A stretch of 63,094 bases of DNA, the filler included, from Reticulomyxa filosa (taxonomy: Eukaryota; Protista; Foraminifera), in assembly GCA_000512085.1 (NCBI GenBank). It is 21 parts of 21 records of this genome, joined end to end, with 100 filler letters (N's around TTAATTAATTAA, not from the genome) between each part and the next. Parts side by side here need not be neighbours in the genome. Positions count along the whole stretch, not along the records: positions 10,991 to 20,624 come from ASPP01019760.1; positions 20,725 to 23,867 come from ASPP01023022.1; 19 more parts are not named here. The stretch is one strand, 5' to 3'. This document shows, in pieces, positions 11,715-23,353 of this stretch. The stretch's first letter is position 1. Each line of letters opens with the position of its first letter. Position numbers and translations under genes: made by a program. The notes below the pieces were generated by a model. The model was not told where the DNA came from and did not search any database. It saw nothing but the letters and a program-made list of their open reading frames with translations.

Positions 11715-14298
11715 GGAGCATGACAAATTTTTTTCTACACATTGCCCTAGCTGACGTTTCTAAATCGTATTACTTGTTTTGGTCCGGTTAACTATAACAT
11801 TGTTTTGAGTATTTTATTTCAATGTAATTCTTCTCTTTTTCATGGAAATTACTGCTAGAATTGTTGTGACACTAGAACGCATCTAATTTAAGAAAAAAAT
11901 AAAATATGATATACCAAAAAAATGAAAAGATATTATGAAAAAGATACAGAAATTTCCAAAGAATTTTACTTCGCAATCGATGATAATGTCTAGTCTCAAA
12001 AACTTGAAGTTATTCCAAACGACTTCAAACTTAATTTATAATTTGTTTCTCTTTTTAAACAATATGTTACTGTGTATTTAACACTAATCATCCACAGTAT
12101 AGTGGTGTTGCTCATATAACAACTGTTCATATTTTTCAGCACTATTCTAGTCATTTTAGGATAGTAATTTATCTTACTACGTATACTTTTAAGTATCTTT
12201 GATAGTGATGTTACTTATTTTTGTCATTTTTATATTAATGCAATTTACTTTTTGTTTTTGCATCATTTACAAACGCACGCTTGCATTGATTAGCACTATG
12301 CAACAATTGATCAATATGGGCATTGACTTTTTCTTCATTTAATCACTACAATGTTGTTGAAGACGACAAAAAAATCGATATTGTGTATCATTTTGTGATA
12401 AATAAAGATTAACTAGTAAATTTGTTGTCAATTATACGTAATCAAATGATTTTATGTTAAACTTTATTCTAAATAAGATGTAGAAAAGCTAAAATGCTAC
12501 ATTATGATGATAATCGATTTTCTATATGGAAAAACAAACATTCAACTTTATTTATTTTTTTTTAAATATAATTGTTTTTTTTTGTTGTATTTGCTTTTTA
12601 AAAGATCTAAATTTGTATTGTAATTTTTAAAGGGATTTGCGTCGGAATTATTGTCTGCATAAATAAATAAAAATTGTCTTTTTTATTTTTTGAATATTTT
12701 AATATATTGAGTTTGAGCATTAATGCTATTTTTTTACTTTTCCAAACAATATTCAAATAGCACACAAGTTGAAAGTCATGTACGTCACACAAGAAATCAC
12801 GAATTCAACCAAGAATAAATTTCCAATTATCAATTGAGTCAAAGAATATCAATTAATCAATATCTTTTTCTATGTTAGATTTGAATTTTTTGATTAAGAA
12901 ACTTTTTGAAATTTTCGAGACAATACGACTTCTTTTAAACGGGAAAAATGAGTTTGTAAATCATAAAAATTAGCGTAAGTTAACTAAAAGAAATTATTAG
13001 CGTAACGCTTGACAAGAGTAATTGCAATAAAAAAAATTTAATTGAGATGTTTGTAATCGCAGGAAAAAGTGAAATGTGTTTGAAACAAGTACTTTTTAAA
13101 TGTTGATTTTCTACAGAAAATCGATAATCTTATAAAGTAATATTTTCGTGTCATTGCTTTTGTAGTTCTATTTCCTAATGTAGAGAAGTGTTTGGACACT
13201 ATATCGATGAATTTCCTCAAAACAAAAAGTTAAATAAACTTGAAAAGGAGCCAGTCCAAAGAAAACAGAATAGAACAAAGAAAGTTTTGGAAAAGAATTA
13301 AGTGAAAAGTTCTTAGAAAAAGGGTTTCGACGTTCCACTTGAACTTTGTTAATCACAAGTAAGGCCTTACCATACACTAATTATATCTATGTAGGAAGTT
13401 GACCAGCCTGTCTTGACTGAAATGTTGAGTGTAATACGAATAGTTGCTCTTTAAGCAATCTTTCAAAAACAAATTAAATAAAGAAGAATATAAACAACGA
13501 CAATAACAACAAGAGAATAAGAGAGATTGGAAGAAAAGGTAAGTAAGTTGTTGTAAAAAAGGGATTTCCTGAGTTACGCAGGAACTTCACTTTACACTGT
13601 TAGAGCCTTACCCTACATCTTTATATTTTACATTGTATAACTTTTGAGCCAATCGGAAAATGAAAATCAATAATTGTTTTCATTTTTAAATACAATAAAA
13701 ACTGTTGTCACTTTCTATTTGTTGATTTTCAATTTACTAAAATTTGACAACTCATTGTTAATTTCAAATATCAATTGGCGAATTTTTAACAAGCCAAACA
13801 ATTTCTGATATTAAAAAAAATGTTTCAGCACTACCAATTGTAAATTTTTCTCAAACAAATTTTATGTTATTATAAGACTTTTTTTGTATTTTGAAAGTTG
13901 TGAGTGATAAAATTTTTTTTTGGAAGTTTTAGAACCTTGATTTTTTCATTTAAGAATGTAATTTTTTTTTGACATTATTGTAACATTATAAAGGCAAGTA
14001 ATAAATCATTTTTTGATTTGTTTAATTTACGCGGTCGATGATGAAATAGTCAGTTAGTCTTGTCGTGTCATGAGTTGTGAAAAGAGAGACTTTCTTTTTT
14101 CTTCATCACTAACCTTAAGAAGTCGTTTGACAAATTATACGCAAAGTTTTATTGCTAAGATATTTTAGCCAAAAGAACATAATAAGCATTTAATTTTCTT
14201 CATGAAACCAAAATCTTTAAAAATATCTACATATATGAAGAATTACAAGTGCTGTGATTTTTTTCTTCAGTTGATACTAACCAAAAAAGTATTGAACA

Positions 14299-17200
14299 CT
14301 ATATATCAGGTCCTTGCAGCAGCGCCGTAATTTCACTGGACATTTTCAAACGGCAAGCCATTTCAAAAGGTGTTTCTTTCATCTATAAATAATAGACAAA
14401 CATTCCATAAACTAATTTTTGTTAAAAAAAGCAGCCCCATACGTTAACATACCAACGCCGCATTTTTTGTTTTGAGCAAAACATTCCAACGATCAACAGG
14501 TATTCCTTTACGTAAGTAGTTCAAACTAATTTGTGCATAATTGTATTTGTTGAGCATGCACAAATGCAGGACGTTGCATCCTTCTATATCTGTACGATTG
14601 TCCTATGCCATTACGATCATAACTGCAAACTATGACAATAACAAACATATAAAAAAAGAAAAATGAACTCGTGTGACTCGTGTCCAAAAGTTTTCTGTTA
14701 ATTTTTCTGGGATCAATTGCGATAAGATGTCTTCATTAATTTCTGGTGAAAGCAACAACGCTTCCATTAGTGGCGTTTGGCCATGCTATGTGTAATGGTG
14801 AAATTGTTTTGTCTTTCCTTCGTTCAACATACAAGCCAAGAGGAAAAAATCTAAACTTTATCAACACGAACAAGTATTCTTTGCCATATCTCTCTGGGCA
14901 TGTATTTTTTCAATAAGGATAAACGATATGCCGTATTGGGAAATGACATATTGAACAGCAAATGCAGTATAGTTTTGCTAAACTGTCGTGCATCATCAAA
15001 CGAATGTATTTCTCTTCTTTTCTTTTTTGCAAAAGAAACACGTAACTCCAATTTCATTGCATTTTGTTTCCCAAAAAGTATTTATCTGTTCACAAGGTTT
15101 GGGGATAAGAGATTGAATCAAATATTCGTCTAAGTTAGGTTGAAAGAACACTGCACTCATCAATGGCGTCATTCCATCCTATTCAACAAAACCCGATCAC
15201 AATTTGCAAAAAAAAAAGGATGTGTCCATGTGAATGCTCACAGTGATTATGACAACAGAGAGATAATACTGACATCGGCGTCTTGTGTGAGGAGCAGCGA
15301 CTGCCATACATCTTCATTGACAATATTTTCTTTCAATAAAGCAATCAATTGGAAAGAAGGGACGAATGAGTTTCTTACAGCAAATGAAATAGGAGAAATT
15401 TTGCGCTATGTTCATTTGTGAGCAAACCTACCGACAATGCTACAAGAGTAAAAAAAATGTGTAAAATGAAAAGACAAGACTAAAAGCGAACATCAGTGAG
15501 AGAATGCCAGATAATTTCGGCAGCACTGGGATCAGATGGGACAAAGAGTTTGATGCAATCAACAGAAGGTTGTTTCCACAAAGCGTAGGTCAAAGGATAG
15601 GCATCGAACATGTCCCTTTGCACGAGTTGTTTCTGGACGACGTCGAGGGGAATAAAGCGACCACTTTGCAACAAGGCTTGAGCATAGCCAAAGCGGACTT
15701 GTGAGTTTAATGCCATTTGACATAGAAAGTTGCCACCGCTGATATTTCGGAAGGAAGAGATGAATTTGGACGTTCGAAAGGAAGCGGGATGAAGTAGCAT
15801 TAAGGCGGCGACATCACGAGAATGGAACGAGGCAATTTTAAGTTGTTCATCAAAGGACAGATCGGCCATGATGGACAGAGATTCTGATATGAAGGACTCT
15901 TGACGAGACAATTCGTAAAAGCCATGTCCTTTTTGTTTGAGCAGAGACATGGGTTGAAGTAAGAACTGCACTTCGGTGACAATACTTTCATTGTTCTGCA
16001 GGAACAGTACATTGATTTTAACATCGCGATAGTCTTGTGGAACCGTTAAGATCTTGTCATCGCTCTTGTCCATTCCAGAAAAGCCATTTTTGAACCGCAC
16101 AATGGCAAAACGCGTTTGCTGCTCCTCGATGGCATTTACAAAGTGTTCCAAACCATGCAACAAATAGCGGACATCTGTGAACGTCGCCTGACAGCGCAAT
16201 ACGTCAATAACATGCGCAGACTTTGGATAGTATTCGTTTTTGTATTCGACTTGCGCTTTCAACTTGCATCGCTCGTGAGTCTTAATTGGACCTTTTTCAA
16301 AGACACAGCCTTGGCAGGATTTGAAGATCTCTTGCATATACTGTTGATACGCAGCATCCATTTTGTGTGCTCGCGTCAAGAGTTCGTTTAAGTATACGTC
16401 AAAGTCGTATACGTGTTTGGGGTGGAATTCCACATCGTCGCTTTGCATTTGAATGGCGAGCAGCTCGCTCTCAGTCTTTTGGCATTTGAGTCCAAACTTG
16501 TCATTGTCTTGGCGACATTTCTTGTGTTTCAACGTGCTGTTCTTTGGTTCGTATCCAAATGCTATCAATCGTCGATACTCCTTTTCAAACTTTTCAATTT
16601 CTTGCTTTATTTCGATTTGAAATCTTTTCACTTCTTTGTCCGACTCCTCTTTGCACAGTTTTTTAATTTTATGCCATTGAATTGCTTTCTTCACCTTATT
16701 TTTTTTTTCCTGTTCTACTTCTCGAAGAGATAGCGATGATTGAATTATTGGCAAGGCTACTTCTTCGCTCTCCTTTTTTTCTTCGTTGCCATCGACTTTT
16801 TTTTTATCAACCACTTGAGTTGTGTCACCGAATTCGATATTTTTTTCCTCGTTTCCTTCGTCCGCCAGCTCGTCCATCCACATCAATATGTCTTGTGCTT
16901 CCAGTATGTGCTCTTCAATCCATTTCCAATTGCAAGTGCTTTGATGCAATGTATCGACATTCAACAGCGCTTTGCACGTCTGGTGCATCGCGTTGGTCAT
17001 CGCCGATTTATTGTAGAGCCAACAGAGGTTGAAGACATCACTGCTAATTTTTTTTTGATCTTTTATCATTGCAATTATTGCTTCGCTCAGCCCAGTCATA
17101 ATTATGTTAAAGTCTTCTTCTTTTTGTTTCTTCAAATAGCTCAACAACTCTTCGCATTTGCTCTGCTCATTCATTTGTGTCATTGCGTATTCCCTCGTCA

Positions 17201-17760
17201 TTTTCTCTTTTTCGTTCATAAATTTCATATGCATTAACACTTTTATCACTTGCGTGTTTTGAAATAATATCGCACAGTTCAACGCATCCTCAAACACTTG
17301 CTTGTGTTCATTGGGTCTTATTAACTCTGCTTCCAACAAGTAGCGTATACACTTTACATTATTTCCTGTTGACGGGCATACCATGTGGCTTAACAAATTC
17401 ATCTGTACGTATCCGCCGTTCACATGCACACAAAATATTACAAAGGGAAAAAGAAACAGGAAAGGTTATTTTCCACTTACTGGATGTTTATATCTATTGT
17501 ATTTAAATTTTTTCTCCCAAATTACTTCACTGCCATAACGCTCAAATATATCCACAAATAATGATTCTCGTTTATTTTCGGCGCATAAACACGCATACCA
17601 GCATATCTTGTCCTTAGCAAAAAAAAAAACAAAGCAACGTTTGAGAGTGTTAAGTTTGAGTAGGTCGAAATTTCAGTAAAACTGATTTACGAGCTCTGTC
17701 TACAATCGCGTCTATTTGACGAATGCGTTCTGCATGAACAGGATCAATCTCTGTTGTCAT
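14299..17760 (-). CDS. Ankyrin-like repeat protein with a central RelA/SpoT (SAS-like) nucleotidyltransferase domain; about 9 exons, apparently complete
   Basis: ATG at 17760 and TAG at 14299. Large exon about 15492-17402 carries GPIKTHERCKLK, IDVLRC, VRFKNGF, DYRDVKINV, TEVQF and HGFYELSR. Repeats include DGMTPLMSAV, HGQTPLMEAL and EGCNVLHL. Confidence 0.8.
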
Positions 17761-18476
17761 TTTTGTCTTTCAAGAAGTAACCTTTTCTTAATTTTGTGTT
17801 TTAAGTTTTTTTATGTTTAAAAAACAACAAAAAAAATTGAACGTATGAAAATTTGCATGGTTTCATGCATTTACATAGAATTTAGTGTAAAACATAACGT
17901 ATGTATTTATGTTTCCGAAGAGATAAATACTTGTTGCTCGAGCTAGCTTCGATATAAACGGACTCTCACTTAGAGCTCAGTGCGAAGGTCTTAGCAGTAG
18001 CATTTTTTTAAATAGTCAAGAAAATATGGAGATATGAAAAAATACATCACATCTTTTGCGCGTTCTAGTTTCGTCTATTGTTCATTAACTCAGTGACGGT
18101 CACTCAAATTTAAAATTAATTACAATACGTATTGATTTTTGATTTCAAAAAAGATTATTGGAGTGTCAAAAACGACATAAATTGATCAAAAGCAAAGAAA
18201 TTAGGTGCTTATTCAATGTCGTCCTAATCTAATTAGGTCAAAAACCGAAAAAATAAATATCACATTGCAAATTGCTTCTCTTTAAAAAAAAATTGTATTT
18301 TCTTAAATATTATTTAGAGCCTTATCATTTTATTATTGCCACAATCCCTTTAATAAAGTAGCTCCAAAAAAAAACATCATGACATTGTCCAGATAGATCG
18401 TTGCTGACGTTACTGGTCTTGATATAACATTTGTCTTTTTTCCCTTATTTTTCATTTTTTATGATTAAAATATGAC

Positions 18477-19923
18477 CTATGAGAACCCAAACTTTTTCTT
18501 TTCAGCTGGTTTCAAAATTTGAAAAGAGCACATAAGATTTTCATCCACGCTCATCATAGCTCCAGCGTTATCAAATTCTCCGCAGTAATTTGGTGCGCTG
18601 AACACAGTCACCAATTGTCTTCGCGAAAAAAATTCGTATCCATCTTCAACAACTTGATGTGCTCTTGCAATCAAATCCAAATCGTGTTTTTTCAAAAACT
18701 TGCTGACCACACTCGGTCCAAACGTATACGATACCTTATTATTGTTTTAAAAAGGGTAAATAACTTTTGGCGGAAGGCTCCAATCCCAAAACACTCCCTC
18801 CTCCCTTTTCCGTCAATGCAAGAATTATGGGAACGAAAGCGTTGGTGGCACTAAACTCCTCGGTCATTTTCTCCCCACTCTGGAACATCCTTGTCAGGAT
18901 CACTCCAAAGCAAGTCACATAATAAGCCACTGTCGGGCACGTCAGTAGGTCTCATCAATCGGCGAATTTGTTCCATCGATTTCAATTCTGGAGACAAGCC
19001 ACCGTGCATGCAAAATATTTTTTCATCAATTACTGCAGCCACTGGTAGACAATTGAAGCAATCAGTGAACGTTTTCCATAATTTTATTGTGTAACGCCGC
19101 TTGCACTCATCAAAAAATCCGTAAATTCGATTGATTGACGCACATTCATGGTTCCCTTTTTTTTTTTGTTGTTATTTGTTGTTGAGAAGGATGGTGACAG
19201 AGACGAAAACAAACAAAAAAAAAAACCAGCTGTTCTCACGGACTGGGCAATTGCAGATACGAAGGTTTAAAAAATTGTTTAACCGTCTTTTTTGGCCCCT
19301 TTCTTTCACGCACCCCCTCCCCTTTGATCACTTTTTTTGAGTGCTGGGGATGGTAATGCAATACATCTCCCAATTCCGTAATTTCGCAATTTCAGGAGTT
19401 GTTTGCCGTTTTTTATGATTTTTTTGAAAAATGAGGCCACCCTTTTTTAAAAAGATCAAAAGTATCAGAAACACCTACCCCGTAATAAAAAAAAATTCTC
19501 CGGGTATTTGTATTTGTAGGCCAATAACAGGCAAATAGTTTCCAAAGATTGTTTTCCTCGATCCACATAGTCCCCTAAAAACAAATAATTGGCTTGTGGA
19601 GGGAATTTTCCATATTCGAACAATCTTAATAAATCGTAGTATTGCCCATGGATGTCTCCCACTATTTTGATGGGTGCTTCCAATTCTATCAGTATTGGCT
19701 GTTCCAGAAAAATACGCCGACACATATCGCATATCTTAGTGATATCTTTCTCGCTCAATTCCACTTCTTTGCCTGGACGACTTCCTCTTACCTCCAACAA
19801 CTTGGAGATCATGTTGTCAACGTCGACATCTTCATTTACACGAGCTCCAGTACTTCCATTGCTGCTATTATTTATTTGTGCAGCAGTTTTGTCGTCAGAT
19901 GCACTTTTGCTTGGTAAAGACAT
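18477..19923 (-). CDS. PP1: Serine/threonine protein phosphatase 1 catalytic subunit; 3 exons
   Basis: GDIHGQ, GDYVDRG, LRGNHE (split by an intron), [31 protein letters not shown] and [13 protein letters not shown]; introns at about 19156-19479 and 18736-18855. Confidence 0.97.
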
Positions 19924-20586
19924 GATTTTTTGACAATTTTCTTCAAGGGGGGGAAAGAGCAAACTTTGTTTTCGTGTCTGTTGAGTACGAAGATAAGTGT
20001 AGTGCATTATTTCTTATATTTTTTCTTCCAGTACAGTTTCTTTAAAAAAGATTCTATAGATCACCAGGCACAATAACTTTCTTTTAAAAAACTACCTCTT
20101 AATCTTTAATAAAGTTAGTGCCCAAGTGCAGAAACGGAAAAACGAACAGCTAATGTTCAAAATTCTTATGACCGAATAAAAAAATTCTAATTGCGGAGAA
20201 AACTTTTGTAGTGCACTACCGAGCGGCTCTCAACAAAATATGTCTTGAATTGCGAAAAAAATAGCCTTTGGTCGCGCAATACTTTTTGTTTTGCTGTGAC
20301 CAATTGTTTCTACAGAGAAAAAAAAGCTTTCCTGCACAAAAAAGCAAAATGCGCAAAATGAAATTTTCTGGTGCTATGGTATATTCAAGACACCTTTTGG
20401 AAAAACTAAAATCAACACAAAAAAATTATAACATTGACAAGAAAAAAGAACTAAAAGCAATAAAATCCAAATCAGGTTTTCATTGTGTCGTTTTTTTGAG
20501 TTATAGTGGCATTACAAATAAAAATGAAAACCAATCAAGAAACTACAAACAAATTAATAAAACAAACAAAATAAATGTATAAACAA

Positions 20587-20624
<38 letters not shown>

Positions 20625-21404
20625 NNNNNNNNNNNNNNNNNNNNNNNNNNNNNNNNNNNNNNNNNNNNTTAATTAATTAANNNNNNNNNNNNNNNNNNNN
20701 NNNNNNNNNNNNNNNNNNNNNNNNAAAATGGGAACCACATTCAAATTAACAAACATGTCTACAAATAAATAAGATCAAGTGATTGTGTTCACTATAGCAG
20801 CTTTTTATGTGTTTATATTTAAGTAATACTGTGTGTTATTGAAAAGATTTTGTTTTATATTGTGATGTAATCTCTTTTATCTTCACAAAATATTTTTGTA
20901 AAACCAAGATATAATTTTTATGAATTGTTCTTCCCAAAAATTGGAATTTTTTTTTTGTTATATGCATTTGTAGAAATGATAAAATCACTATACATTCAGA
21001 AGAAAAGTATTTTTTAGGTATGCGACGCTGTTGAATGAAGGCTTAACGTTTTTTGGAAGTGCAAAGCTTATGTAAAAAGAATGAGTAAAGTTAATGCTTT
21101 CCAAAGGCCAGTTTCAACACGATGATCTCAACTTAGAAGATGATAAATGTTTTATTATCAAAAAAAAAAAGGATTTTTTAGTTTTTAATTTTTTCAAAAA
21201 ATATTTAAACTGATTAGATGTTCATCATTTTTGATAAAATATATATTTAAATATTTTTTAGTTAATCAACAGTTTAAAAAGTTTTCTTGCAACGAAATGA
21301 GCTTTTGTTTTTAATCGAAAAAAGAATTTGAATTTTATAAGTATTTATGTTCAACATAGGTTTTTAATTAAAAAAGAAAAACAAATTTCAGATGGGATCA
21401 AAAA

Positions 21405-23353
21405 ATGATCTATGAAAATATTTATTATGAATATTCAATTCGTTCACTTTGTCGATCCAAACCAAAGGTAAAGCAAGACTATAACATTAATGCTGATAGA
21501 ACAAAGTATCTTGAGTTTCTCAGCCACATTTTCAGCCTTTTAAAAAAGGGAGTTGAGCTAAAAAAAAATTAATAATATCAACTATTCTATATCGAACGCT
21601 TAGCTATTATACACATTGGGATAAAAGTTATCAAAAAAAAGTATTTATATAGAACAAATAATGTAGAATAATTGGGTAAAATAGTAAAATTCAAAATTTA
21701 ATAAATAATTATAATTTTTTTTTGTGACTTTTTTATTTTTTTTTGCATTATCTTTATATGTTGCAATATTAATTTTTAGATGGAATCCGGCGAATGCTGT
21801 TTGTTTGTGCCTTATGGTTGCAATATTGATTTTCTTGATGGCGAATTGCAAGATCATTTAGTCAAAAATATGATATATCATTTTAATTTAATGCAGGCGA
21901 AGATTAAAGAGCTTGAAGATATAATTCGAAAGCAGCAAGAACTACTGAAAGCAAGAGAAAGTAAAATTTTTCGAAGAGAAGATGAACTGAAAATTACTGA
22001 TGAATTAAAAATTGAGTTAATTGATGATATAACATTGGATAATGTTTTTGCATATTTATTGAATGAAAAAAGTAATTTATTTGATTGGAATTTCATCAAT
22101 TGGAGTAAGTACCAGAGCAACTGTAACCAACGCAGAAAATATAGCATAGAGCAATGTCGAGTTGACAGTAAATTGTTTAATGTGACGTTTGGGCATAATG
22201 TAAATTGGTATAGACATCATTTAAAAAATGCCAAGATAAAACAAGAAGACGTTAGAGATTTAATTATACAGATTAAAGGATTTTGGAAAGCTGCAAAAGA
22301 CTGTGGTAAAGAAAGCAAGAATATGTTTATAATGAAGGGTATCCAAGTATTATTTGAAAAAATAGAACAGCATGAAGTATTCGCATTCCACCAATCGACA
22401 ATGAGCGAATGTAAGCACAATAGACTCAAGATTGCTGGTAGTCCTATATCAGATTTATTTTGGGCTACTGATGAAACTTACGTAAACGAAAGTGAGCCCT
22501 TTGAACCGTTTTTCCTTGTCGAATATAAGCAGCCTAGATCTCTTAATGTATTTGAAGAAGAAAATAAAGTATTGGAGCTGACATGGGAAAAAACATTGAA
22601 AGATATCAAACGACAAAAAGCAAAAAGTTAACTAATTTTTTAATTTTTAAAATATTTTAAAGAAAAAGTGTTTGAATAGGAACAAAGCAAACATCCAAAT
22701 TAAAAACTGATTTTAACAAGCTATGTAAATATGGAATAAACACAAGCAACCTAGCTGATGAAAAAGTAGCAGATTATTTGAAGTGTCACAATAATAGCAC
22801 TTTGGATTGGCATTGTTATAATATGGATGCGCTAAGGACATATTATGATGGTGACTCCAAACATTTTAAACGAGCAGAGCTAATAAAAGCTTTGCAAAAA
22901 ACAAAACCAAGACCTTTGATGGATAGTAGCTTGGCGGATCTTGTTATTCAAATTGCAAGCTATTTAATTTGGAGTGGTACTCGCATTGGAATATTGCTGG
23001 CATATCCACAAATAGTATGCTTTGAAATTGGAGAAAAACGAGACAACAAGTATGATATCAAGGTATACAAAAACATAAAACACGATGACTTTGAAGATAG
23101 TGTACTTGAGTTACTGTCGATAGCACAATATGCCAAGGAATTAAAAAAAAATCCGAAGTGTTTAAGAGAGGAAAAAATATTTTCATGCAAGAAAAGAACA
23201 AGAACCGAGTTTGAAAGTGAAAATAAAGAAAATGAAAAAACACAAGTTAAAAAAATTGACCAAATTGAACAACATGACCAACATGAACAATCTGAATCGG
23301 AAAAATCTGAACATGAAAATCCAAAAAAAAAAAAATACAACGAAAAATTTTAA
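21405..23353 (+). CDS. TRAF-type Zn-finger fragment, coiled coil and putative PD-(D/E)xK nuclease-like domain
   Basis: CCLFVPYGC...LQDHLVKNMIYHFNL (TRAF-type finger); D...LVEYK and LVIQIASYLIWSGTRIGILL; a 53-nt intron (22627-22679) joins the two ORFs in frame; upstream exon ends at GTAAAG near 21468. Confidence 0.6.

Noticed and set aside
11760-14290. tRNA, rRNA or hidden genes in long AT-rich intergenic stretches (also 23970-26000 and 41400-42500)
   Set aside because: No cloverleaf, rRNA motif or convincing protein motif found by eye; may contain decayed gene fragments
14299-19923. Operon-like functional link between the RSH-ankyrin gene and PP1
   Set aside because: Eukaryotic neighbours with separate intergenic DNA; adjacency alone is not evidence
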